This document shows, piece by piece, positions 32,199-41,149 of a DNA stretch of 64,000 nucleotides. Every line of letters begins with the position of its first letter. The stretch's first letter is position 1. The translations under genes and the position numbers were made by a program. Under the pieces are notes generated by a model, which worked only from the letters and a program-made list of their open reading frames with translations, did not search any database and was not told where the DNA came from. Source of the stretch: Ignavibacteriota bacterium. Lineage in GTDB: Bacteria; Bacteroidota; Ignavibacteria; UBA10030. Location of the stretch: positions 800,001 to 864,000 of the forward strand of contig OY969585.1 of assembly GCA_963701295.1 (NCBI GenBank), in the 5' to 3' direction.

Positions 32199-33872
32199 AT
32201 GAGTGACAATAAAATTATTTTTTCTATGATCGGTGTTGGAAAAGTTGTGAAACCGAACCGTCAAATTCTGAAGGATATTTATCTCTCTTTTTTCTACGGT
32301 GCGAAGATTGGCGTTCTCGGGTTGAACGGCGCAGGGAAGAGCACACTTCTTCGTATTATTGCCGGTTTTGACAAAGACTATCTCGGTCAAATCACGGCGC
32401 AAAAAGGAATCACCTTTGGGTTCTTGCCGCAAGAGCCGGAGCTTGATCCGACAAAAACAGTTAAAGATATCGTGGAAGAAGGTGTGCAGGAAATTATAAA
32501 TTTGGTGAAGGAATACGAAGCTGTAAATCTTCAGCTTGCCGAACCAGATGCTGACTACGATACATTACTGGAAAAACAAAGTAACCTTCAGGAAAAGATC
32601 GATCATCTGAATGCATGGGATCTCGACAGTAAACTTGAGCAAGCGATGGATGCGCTGCGTTGTCCGCCGCCGGAAACATTCATAAACGTTCTCTCCGGCG
32701 GTGAACGCCGTCGTGTGGCCCTCTGCCGTCTCTTGTTACAAGAACCTGATGTGTTGCTGCTCGATGAGCCGACCAACCATCTCGACGCCGAATCCGTTGC
32801 CTGGCTGGAACATCATTTAGGTCTTTACCAGGGTACCGTCATCGCTGTCACCCATGATAGATATTTTCTCGACAATGTTGCCGGGTGGATTCTCGAACTC
32901 GACCGCGGCGAAGGAATACCTTTTGAAGGTAATTACTCTTCATGGCTCGATCAGAAGAAACGCCGATTAGAAGTAGAAGAAAAACATGAATCAAAACACC
33001 AGCGCATGTTGCAGAGAGAACTTGAGTGGGTGCGTCTAAATCCAAAGGGACGTCATGCAAAAAGTAAGGCACGCATCGCTTCATACGAAAAATTGCTTAC
33101 CGAACAAACAGATAAACGCGACGAAGAGATGGAAATCTATATCCCACCAGGTCCACGGTTGGGGGATGTTGTCATCGAAGCAGCTGGAATATCAAAAGCG
33201 TATGGAGACAGGATTCTTTTCGAGAATATGAACTTCGCACTCCCTCCCGGCGGTATTATTGGTGTCATCGGTCCCAACGGCGCCGGTAAAACCACTCTCT
33301 TTAAACTCATTACCGAACAGGAGCAGCCCAACGAGGGAACAATCAAGATTGGCGATACGGTGAAACTTGCTTACGTCGATCAAATGCGGCCTCTTGATCC
33401 AGACAAAACAATCTGGCAGGAAATCTCTGGTGGAGAAGATCTTATTATGCTTGGCAACCGCGAAGTAAACTCGCGCGGTTATGTGGCACGATTCAATTTC
33501 AGCGGAACCGATCAACAAAAACCAGTCGGAAAACTTTCCGGCGGTGAAAGGAACCGCGTTCATCTTGCAAAAGTTTTGAAGGATGGCGCCAACGTGCTAC
33601 TGCTTGATGAACCAACAAATGATCTTGACGTCAACACACTTCGAGCGTTAGAAGAAGCGCTAACTGGTTTTGCAGGATGTGCCGTAATCATCTCGCATGA
33701 TCGCTGGTTCCTCGATCGTGTGGCGACACATATTCTAGCATTTGAAGGTGACAGCAGTGTCGTGTGGTTCGATGGAAATTATTCGGAATACGAAGAGTAT
33801 CGGAAGAAACAGCTTGGTATTAGTGCCGACCAGCCGCATCGCATGAAGTACAAGAGGCTAACAAGAAGTTAA
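32199..33872 (+). CDS. ettA: Energy-dependent translational throttle A (ABC-F)
   Basis: LSFFYGAKIGVLGLNGAGKST, LSGGERRRVALC, ELEWVR, second ABC domain; ATG at 32199 preferred. Confidence 0.95.
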   Translation: MSDNKIIFSMIGVGKVVKPNRQILKDIYLSFFYGAKIGVLGLNGAGKSTLLRIIAGFDKDYLGQITAQKGITFGFLPQEPELDPTKTVKDIVEEGVQEIINLVKEYEAVNLQLAEPDADYDTLLEKQSNLQEKIDHLNAWDLDSKLEQAMDALRCPPPETFINVLSGGERRRVALCRLLLQEPDVLLLDEPTNHLDAESVAWLEHHLGLYQGTVIAVTHDRYFLDNVAGWILELDRGEGIPFEGNYSSWLDQKKRRLEVEEKHESKHQRMLQRELEWVRLNPKGRHAKSKARIASYEKLLTEQTDKRDEEMEIYIPPGPRLGDVVIEAAGISKAYGDRILFENMNFALPPGGIIGVIGPNGAGKTTLFKLITEQEQPNEGTIKIGDTVKLAYVDQMRPLDPDKTIWQEISGGEDLIMLGNREVNSRGYVARFNFSGTDQQKPVGKLSGGERNRVHLAKVLKDGANVLLLDEPTNDLDVNTLRALEEALTGFAGCAVIISHDRWFLDRVATHILAFEGDSSVVWFDGNYSEYEEYRKKQLGISADQPHRMKYKRLTRS

Positions 33873-33900
33873 TTTTTAAAATTGCATAGATTTTCTACTG

Positions 33901-33926
33901 ATTGCATCTTCTGTAGAAGATGCAAT
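33901..33926. terminator. Hairpin between convergent ettA and thioredoxin genes
   Basis: ATTGCATCTTCT-GT-AGAAGATGCAAT perfect inverted repeat. Confidence 0.65.
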
Positions 33927-34005
33927 AATGACGGCGCTAAGCCAATTAAGTATCTTGACTCATCCGAGGACAATGTGAATACACGCATACGTCCGATGAT
34001 GCCTG

Positions 34006-34536
34006 CTATTGATCGTCATGAACGCTTTTAAGATATTCTTGGAATGAGTACTGAGTATAATATTTTTCGCGAATGTATTTCAGATATCGAATAAATTTCT
34101 TTGGTTCTCTATAACCGCTAAATCGTGAGATAAGTTGAAATCTTTTATCATATACCATTATTGTCGGATAACCATTCACACCTAACATTTTTGCCCATTC
34201 TTGTTCTGTATACTTGTTCGTGCCATTCGTTATCAAATTCGTTGATTCAGCATTGAGTTTGATTGGAACAAAACTCGCTGCAAGTAATTGTTGAACCTCC
34301 GGATGAGCATACACCGCTCGATCCATTTTCTTGCACCACCCGCACCAGTCTGTATAAACATCAACCAGCATGTACTTTCCTGAAGTCTGTGCCGCAATAA
34401 CGCCTTCATCCCACTGATGCCATTGAAGCGATGCAAGCTCATCATCAGTCTGCGCAAATAAAACTACAAAAGGAAGAAAGAAAAACACACAGAGAAAACA
34501 TGAGCATCGATAAGTAAAATAATGATGTCGCACCAT
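34006..34536 (-). CDS. Exported thioredoxin-fold protein (SoxW-like)
   Basis: DVYTDWCGWCKKMD, GYPT; N-terminal hydrophobic segment. Confidence 0.85.
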   Translation of the reverse strand: MVRHHYFTYRCSCFLCVFFFLPFVVLFAQTDDELASLQWHQWDEGVIAAQTSGKYMLVDVYTDWCGWCKKMDRAVYAHPEVQQLLAASFVPIKLNAESTNLITNGTNKYTEQEWAKMLGVNGYPTIMVYDKRFQLISRFSGYREPKKFIRYLKYIREKYYTQYSFQEYLKSVHDDQ

Positions 34537-34614
34537 AACGACTTCCTCTACAATGAAATTCCTCTGTCGAAAGTGTTGAAATGGGAGAACGGAGTTGAGG
34601 AAACAATTAATATG

Positions 34615-34705
34615 CTATTTCTCCAGCTTCAACAGCATGGCTTCTAGAAGAATTTTTGCCTCGATCATCTCTTTTTGATTCCCAATTTCTGATTATTCTC
34701 TTTGC
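34615..34705 (-). pseudogene. Relic of a merR-type gene 3' end
   Basis: Translates ...KEMIEAKILLEAMLLKLEK*, versus KEMIEVKEFLEDILVKLEK* at the end of the MerR CDS. Confidence 0.75.
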
Positions 34706-34730
34706 CGAGACAGAAAGAAACCTCACATTA

Positions 34731-36013
34731 TTACATTCGTTCACGGAACGGTGTATAATGAGTCAACGTTAGTCCGGTATATACCTGACGCGGACGATAA
34801 ATACGGCTGTCCTTTGCGTCATGAATCTCCTTAAAATTTGCTATCCAGCCCGGCATACGCCCGATCGCAAACATGACAGTGTACATACTAACCGGAATTC
34901 CGATAGCCCGCATAATAATACCGCTGTAAAAATCTACATTGGGATACAGTTTCCGTTCAATAAAATAAGGGTCGCTCAATGCAGCATCTTCCAAACGTTT
35001 AGCAATATCAAGCAGTGGATCTTTCCTTTTCAACACTGCTAATAACTCGTCGCATTTTTTCTTAATAATGCGCGCCCGCGGATCGTAATTCTTGTAGACA
35101 CGATGGCCGAATCCCATTAGACGTTTTCCTGACGTTTTGTCTTTTGCCGCTTCAATGAATCTTGATCCGTTATCGCCTGACTTATGGATTTCTTCAAGCA
35201 TCTCAAGAACAGCCTGATTCGCGCCGCCATGGAGCGGTCCCACAGCGCGCACACACCTGCTGCTGCGCATGCAAACAAATTGGCTTGACTTGATGCTACC
35301 ATCCGTACAGTTGAAGTAGAACAATTCTGTTCGTGATCTGCATGCAACAAGAAAATCAGATCGAGCGCATTCACAACTTCGGGCTGCAATTCGTAATCCT
35401 CATATGGTTCAGAGAACATCATATGGAGAAAGTTTGCGGTGTACTTGTATATTGGTTTAGGATAAATGATCGGAAGTCCAAGCGATTTCCGATAGGAGAA
35501 CGCTGCGATCGTTCGTACTTGAGAAAGAAGTCGCGCAGCTTGCGTCAGAAAAACTTCATCAGGGTTCAATACTTCGGGAAGGAAACAACCTGCAGCATTG
35601 ATCATAGACGAAAGGATCGCCATTGGATGTGCATGTGTAGGAAATCCCTCAAAATGAAATTTCATGTCCTCATGAAGCATCTCATTTTTCGTCAAGAGAT
35701 TTGAAAAGTCCTTCATTTCCTGAGAATTTGGCAGCTTGCCATAGATAATAAGGTAAGCTGTCTCAACGAACGTCGATTTCTCTGCTAATTCTTCTATAGG
35801 TATGCCGCGATAACGGAGGATTCCTTTTTCACCATCAATGAAGGTAATGTTACTAAGGCAGGAACCGGTGTTTCCATATCCTTCATCCAGGGTGATATAT
35901 CCTGTCTTACTTCGAAGTGTTGAGATATCAAGTGATTGTTCACCTTCTGAACCCACAACAATCGGAAATTCGTACACTTTGTTATTCAATTCGAGTTTTG
36001 CAACTTTGCTCAT
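34731..36013 (-). CDS. gltA: Citrate synthase, interrupted by an apparent 1-nt deletion near 35240 (sequencing error or pseudogene)
   Basis: Two ORFs join: ...[11 protein letters not shown]...GVCALW | GPLHGGANQ...GFGHRVY...PNVDFYSG; CTG TGG GA CCG lacks one G. Confidence 0.92.
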
Positions 36014-36114
36014 ATCTATTCCTTATTTAATAATATTCCTCTTCCCACAATAATAAAAACCTATTCTTATCGAAAGAATAAGATATGTCACATCCCCCAA
36101 CAACCAACTCTTTT

Positions 36115-36498
36115 CTATTTCTCCAATTTCACTAAAATATCTTCCAGGAATTCTTTTACTTCGATCATTTCTTTTTTGATTTCTTCATCCTGAATTTTTT
36201 TCTTCTGCGGAACGTTGATCAATTCGAGTTGCTCTCCGGTATCCGGTTCCGGGATAAATTCTTTCATCACCTGCTTAGCACCTTCGATAGTATACTTCTC
36301 ATCACGCAGCAGCTGTTTGATGTGCATAATAAGTTTAATATCTTTGTTGGTATAGATACGGTTGCCGGCGCGGTTCTTTGCTGGTTTGAGTTCAGGAAAT
36401 TCTGTCTCCCAGTAACGCAACACGTACTGCTCTAGTCCGATGATCTTGCTGACTTCGCTGATAGAATAATAGAGCTTCTTGATGCTGGAATGTTTCAT
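36115..36498 (-). CDS. MerR family transcriptional regulator
   Basis: KLYYSISEVS...YVLRYWETEFPELKPAKNRAGNRIY...YTIEGAK; GAGGTG SD before ATG 36498 (alternative start 36513). Confidence 0.9.
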   Translation of the reverse strand: MKHSSIKKLYYSISEVSKIIGLEQYVLRYWETEFPELKPAKNRAGNRIYTNKDIKLIMHIKQLLRDEKYTIEGAKQVMKEFIPEPDTGEQLELINVPQKKKIQDEEIKKEMIEVKEFLEDILVKLEK

Positions 36499-36629
36499 AG
36501 ACACCTCATTCATAGGTCAGTTTTTCGAAGGAAAAGTAGTAAATGTTGCGGTGAATTGCACTCGGGCAACATTGTAATGCATGTGTCGTAATGATATTGA
36601 GAGAGTTTTTGGAAAATTTTCATTCCAAC

Positions 36630-37514
36630 CTATGCAGGAAGTTCTGTGTGAACGTAGCGGTGGAAATTCTTAGGAAAATTCTTCCGCAACTGCATGGCCA
36701 TCGCGACAAGAATCTTCAGCGGTGAAGACAGCCGGATGCGTTTAGTGAAAACATCATAGTGAGCACGCTCGATACGAAGAAGAAGCAGATAATAGATGTT
36801 TCCCATCGTACGTGCGGCGGTAAAAAGCGGTTTGTCTTCTTCGGCGAGGCATGCTTTTGCGCGGCGAAAATATTCGTGAGCGCGTTCGCACTCGAATTTC
36901 ATCAATTCAACAAAGCGATTGTTATATGTCAAGTTCAACAACTCTTCTTCAGTATACTTAAAGTTCCTTAAATCTTCTAACGGTAAATAAATGCGTCCGT
37001 TCTTGGCATCGGCTTTGATGTCGCGCAGAATGTTTGTGAGCTGTAATGCTATACCAAGGTTGATGGCGTACTGTTTCGTCTTCTCGTTTGTATAACCGAA
37101 GACTTCTGCACAAATCAACCCAACCGTAGACGCGGCGCGATAACAATACTGCTCCAATTCAATGAACGTGCCATACCGAGTGTTCCGTAAATCCATCTCC
37201 ATTCCCTTAATCAATTCATAAAAATGTTCGATGGGAATATGGAACCGATGAATAATGGCCGCGAGTCTGTTTAACAGAGAGTAACGCGAAATGCCGTAGA
37301 GTGATCTCTTAAGTTCCTCTGTCCACTGCAGCAGCAGTGCATGCTTTTCTTTTTCGTCTCCCGCTTCATCGACAATATCATCGGTGAAGCGGCAAAATGC
37401 ATAGATGGTTTCGATGGCGTCGCGTTTCGGGCGCGGCAAAATGAAGAACGAGTAATAAAAACTGCTCTTTCGATTCTGCGAGAAATTCGGTATGACAGAT
37501 ACTGCTGTTTGCAC
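36630..37514 (-). CDS. hpnD: Presqualene diphosphate synthase / phytoene synthase family
   Basis: SSFYYSF, YAFCRFTDDIVD, YCYRAASTVG, ALQLTNILRDI..D...GRIYLP. Confidence 0.85.
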   Translation of the reverse strand: MQTAVSVIPNFSQNRKSSFYYSFFILPRPKRDAIETIYAFCRFTDDIVDEAGDEKEKHALLLQWTEELKRSLYGISRYSLLNRLAAIIHRFHIPIEHFYELIKGMEMDLRNTRYGTFIELEQYCYRAASTVGLICAEVFGYTNEKTKQYAINLGIALQLTNILRDIKADAKNGRIYLPLEDLRNFKYTEEELLNLTYNNRFVELMKFECERAHEYFRRAKACLAEEDKPLFTAARTMGNIYYLLLLRIERAHYDVFTKRIRLSSPLKILVAMAMQLRKNFPKNFHRYVHTELPA

Positions 37515-37523
37515 GATTCTAAG

Positions 37524-38402
37524 TTACGATAAAAATGAACGAAAGAGAAGTCCCAGTTTGTCTAACGTGCTCAGTGCGGGCCGTTGTATCAGCACATTAT
37601 AATCCTGTTTGTGTATTTTCTGCAAAATTCGTGTGCCGCCATTCCACGTGAGTCTCAGCTCTCGCGACAGGTCTTTACCAATCCTTGATAGTAACGGTTT
37701 TCCCTCTACAAAAAGTTCCGCTGTCCTTTGAACTTGAAATGCCATCAATTTGCGGAACCTGCTGTCAAACTTCCGGTTTAACAAATCCTGTTCGGAATAG
37801 GTAAAATCTTTCAAATCCTCCAATGGAAGATAAATGCGGTCTTTTTGCAAATCCACAGATATATCCTGCCAAAAATTGGTCAATTGAAGCGCTGTACAAA
37901 TAGAATCAGACAGCTCCATCATCGTTTCGCTTCGGTAATTGAACAGGAGCAGCACCAATCTCCCGATAGGATTCGCGGAGTTACAGCAATATTCCAGCAA
38001 TTCCTCATACGTTTCGTACCTTTTTACCGTGACATCTGAACGGAAAGCCGTAAGAAGATTTTGAAACAATTCGACAGGAATTTGGAAACGCTCCACTGTC
38101 TCAGCTAAGGCAGCAAAGACACGATGCGTCGGATTACCGTTATAGCATTCATCAAGATACTGTCCCCACTGGGAGAGGTTATCCATCCGTTCTGCGAGAG
38201 TATAACCCGGCTCATCGGCATAGTCATCGGCGATACGGGCAAAAGCATAAATCGCCCAAATGTACTTTCGAATTTCTTTTGGAACAAACCAAGAGGCTAT
38301 TGGAAAATTTTCGTAATGACTTCGTGCAATCTGTTCACAATATCGGAACCCTTCTTCCGATGACCAGTGTTTTCGTTTGGTATGAAGTTTTGAATCGTGC
38401 AT
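37524..38402 (-). CDS. hpnC: Squalene synthase HpnC
   Basis: HYENFPIAS, YAFARIADDYADE, SANPIGRLVL, LQLTNFWQD. Confidence 0.92.
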   Translation of the reverse strand: MHDSKLHTKRKHWSSEEGFRYCEQIARSHYENFPIASWFVPKEIRKYIWAIYAFARIADDYADEPGYTLAERMDNLSQWGQYLDECYNGNPTHRVFAALAETVERFQIPVELFQNLLTAFRSDVTVKRYETYEELLEYCCNSANPIGRLVLLLFNYRSETMMELSDSICTALQLTNFWQDISVDLQKDRIYLPLEDLKDFTYSEQDLLNRKFDSRFRKLMAFQVQRTAELFVEGKPLLSRIGKDLSRELRLTWNGGTRILQKIHKQDYNVLIQRPALSTLDKLGLLFRSFLS

Positions 38403-38474
38403 ACTTAAGAGAACGATAGGAATACATTTCTATAGGACTAATATGAGAAACGGCAGCGGGAAAAGCAAGCCGAT

Positions 38475-40445
38475 TTACTGAATGGTTTCATCTACCGGCA
38501 CAGTGTACACTTCAATCGGTGTGTCAAGCCCTTTGACAAGAACAGGCTCGTGCGGTTCTGTAGGAATCTGACCTTTGATAAGTTCATACGTGCGTTTGGA
38601 AATCATGATACCTTCCACCGGTGCATTAGATTCAAGACGGTTAGCGAGGTTGACATCTGAACCAAGCACGGTGTAGGCAAGCTTTTTTCTCGTTCCCATA
38701 TTCCCTACAACCACTTCGCCTGTGTTGATACCAATACGGATTTTGAGCGGGAACAAACCCTTTTGTATCCACTTCTCTTTCAGTTCGCGGCATTTTTTCT
38801 GCATCTCAATAGCTGCTTTTATGCAACGTACCGCATGGTCGGCTTGCGGTTCTGGAGCACCGAAGAATACCATCAGCCCATCGCCGATATATTTATCGAC
38901 CGTTCCTTCATACTTGAAAACAATCTGAACCATAGCATCAAAATACTCAGCAAGAAAATTTTGAATTTGATCCGGTGACATTATCGAAGAATACGTGGTA
39001 AAGCTTTTTATGTCGGTAAACATGATTGTCAGCTCTTTTTTCTGAACCTCGAAGATCGATTCCGGGTGCGCAAGCTGGCGTTTGACTACCGACGGAGGCA
39101 AGTACGATTCAAAGGACCTGCGTGTGGCTTCTTTTTCCCGTTCCTCGTTGATAAAGCGATAGACAAGCACGCCAAACACTGCTGTCACCGTGATAAGAAT
39201 AGGCCGCACCAAATTAACGATGAGATTGCCATAGAGAAAGACGGCAATAATGAAAACGATGTAGCTAACTAACAGGACGAGAGCACCGACCCAGAGCCCG
39301 CGCGAAGAAAATTTGACAGCAAACACACCGAAAATAATTAATAGGAAAATTTCGACGCCAAGTTTCTCCACCGGATTCGCTTCTATGAGAAAATTCTCAG
39401 TTAAAATCGTATTCATGACATTAGCATGCAGACCTCCCAACGGATACCAACTTTCGACAGGCACTTGTTGTATATCTGAAGCTCCCGTAGACTCTTGATT
39501 CAAGACAATAAGTTTACCTTCAAATTTCGGTTTCCAATCAAACTCCATCGCATCACGATCTTCCGACAATTTATAAATACGAGGCATAGTGTAATGCACC
39601 ATACTTTTCCATGGACCGATAAAGTTGACAATCAGGTTGCAGCGTTCATCAACGGGGATAACAATATCGTGCGGCTGCCGCCCTGGACGAAAGGCTCCTT
39701 TGAGTGTAATGCTTTTCCCGGGATGAACGACAATTCGTTCCGGTACGACATGCAAATAGTCACAAATTGCACGGAACGGAAAGCTGGGATAAAAGCCATC
39801 TTCATAACGAACCAAGAGCGGGGCACGTCGGAAAACACCATCGCGGTCGAATTGCAGACTCAGAAACCCCACGCCGCGCGATGATGCTGCAAATTCCGGA
39901 AATGTGATGATCGGATTTGCACCAAAATACATTCTGCTCACGTCTCCATCGATCTGCACCTTCCATTTTGTTTTTGAAAGATATTCCCAGTGAGACGCTG
40001 GAAGCGGTGATTTTTGTTTTGGTTGTTCATTTTTCAAATCAAAGGCGATGCCGAAATACGCATTTCCTGCCTGTCTATTGCTCACAAAAAAGATTGAATC
40101 TTCTTCTGGGGATAAAGGCGCTCGAAAGATATAGTCCCAAATCTGAGCTGCCGCCTTCATTTCACCAAGATTGCGGACAATCTGTGCATAAGGTTTGCGC
40201 GTTGTGTACGAACTCGTGAGTTCCTGAACAGTACTGTCCGTCTCACAGACATGGACAATAGTATCATCGTATGGAATAAGGGAAGGAAAGTACGTATACC
40301 GAAGTACAAAGAGCCGATCGAACGCCTGGGAATTCCACGTTTCGAAGAGGCTTGGCAGGAGCCAGAATAGAAAATGTCCGAGCAAGAGAGAGAACACGAT
40401 GATGATCACCGTGTCCCTCAACGTTCGTTTCTTACTGATGGTCAA
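38475..40445 (-). CDS. CHASE2-domain class III adenylate/guanylate cyclase
   Basis: TM, then CHASE2-like region (DRDGVFRR, GGLHANVMNTIL), 3 TM, then FTDIKSFT, DKYIGDG, YTVLGSDVNLANRLE; probable TTG start at 40445. Confidence 0.9.
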   Translation of the reverse strand: MTISKKRTLRDTVIIIVFSLLLGHFLFWLLPSLFETWNSQAFDRLFVLRYTYFPSLIPYDDTIVHVCETDSTVQELTSSYTTRKPYAQIVRNLGEMKAAAQIWDYIFRAPLSPEEDSIFFVSNRQAGNAYFGIAFDLKNEQPKQKSPLPASHWEYLSKTKWKVQIDGDVSRMYFGANPIITFPEFAASSRGVGFLSLQFDRDGVFRRAPLLVRYEDGFYPSFPFRAICDYLHVVPERIVVHPGKSITLKGAFRPGRQPHDIVIPVDERCNLIVNFIGPWKSMVHYTMPRIYKLSEDRDAMEFDWKPKFEGKLIVLNQESTGASDIQQVPVESWYPLGGLHANVMNTILTENFLIEANPVEKLGVEIFLLIIFGVFAVKFSSRGLWVGALVLLVSYIVFIIAVFLYGNLIVNLVRPILITVTAVFGVLVYRFINEEREKEATRRSFESYLPPSVVKRQLAHPESIFEVQKKELTIMFTDIKSFTTYSSIMSPDQIQNFLAEYFDAMVQIVFKYEGTVDKYIGDGLMVFFGAPEPQADHAVRCIKAAIEMQKKCRELKEKWIQKGLFPLKIRIGINTGEVVVGNMGTRKKLAYTVLGSDVNLANRLESNAPVEGIMISKRTYELIKGQIPTEPHEPVLVKGLDTPIEVYTVPVDETIQ

Positions 40446-41133
40446 TGGTAATAGTCTTGCTGAAGAAATTGTTTGCTGAAATTTGCGTGGCAATATCAGC
40501 AACATCTGGACGGCGCACTATTTTTATCGTATCTGTGCTTCGGATATTCCCTCCGATGGTCAACGGTTTCTCTGCAATCGTTGCAAAAGTGGAATACCGT
40601 TTTCGAAGTCCGCGGATTTCCGATACGACTTCATCAGCAAGCGGTTTCCTATTCGAAAGGTCAGCAGAATAGTAATTTCCTAATTTTACCTCAAGATCAA
40701 GAAGTCGTTCGGTCGAGCCTATGAGGAAAAAGACTTCTTTTCCTGTGTTTTTATCCAGCATCATCCAATTACGACCTTTGGGGATGTAATACGGTTTCGC
40801 TACGACATAATCGGTCTGTAATTGACGGATTGAATAAGGAAACAGTAAACTGAGATCCCCTTGTGAATCGAGGTAGACAGCATAGACATAACACTCTTTC
40901 GTTATTTTCACCATCATTTTAATTTCATCTCCACTTTTCAAAATTGTATCACGAGTGATAGGGATGGGGACTGGTGTTTTCCCATTGTATCCCAAGACGC
41001 CAAAAGCCCATTCAAATTCGATGTTCGCATCATTTTGCTGAACCATGGGTGTGGATGCAATTGGTTGTTCGCCGAATCGAAATCCGACCACTAAAAAACT
41101 TAGAATGACCGCAAGAAGAATAATTGAGCGCAT
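40432..41133 (-). CDS. Exported DUF4384-like protein
   Basis: Signal peptide; LKSGDEIK...CYVYAVYLDSQG...LLFP...YYIP...W..LD..TGKE pattern. Confidence 0.75.
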   Translation of the reverse strand: MRSIILLAVILSFLVVGFRFGEQPIASTPMVQQNDANIEFEWAFGVLGYNGKTPVPIPITRDTILKSGDEIKMMVKITKECYVYAVYLDSQGDLSLLFPYSIRQLQTDYVVAKPYYIPKGRNWMMLDKNTGKEVFFLIGSTERLLDLEVKLGNYYSADLSNRKPLADEVVSEIRGLRKRYSTFATIAEKPLTIGGNIRSTDTIKIVRRPDVADIATQISANNFFSKTITIDHQ

Positions 41134-41149
41134 AATTGAAATCCTTTCC

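Noticed and set aside
35225-35260. Programmed ribosomal frameshift in gltA
   Set aside because: No canonical X XXY YYZ slippery heptamer at the site; a homopolymer indel is simpler.
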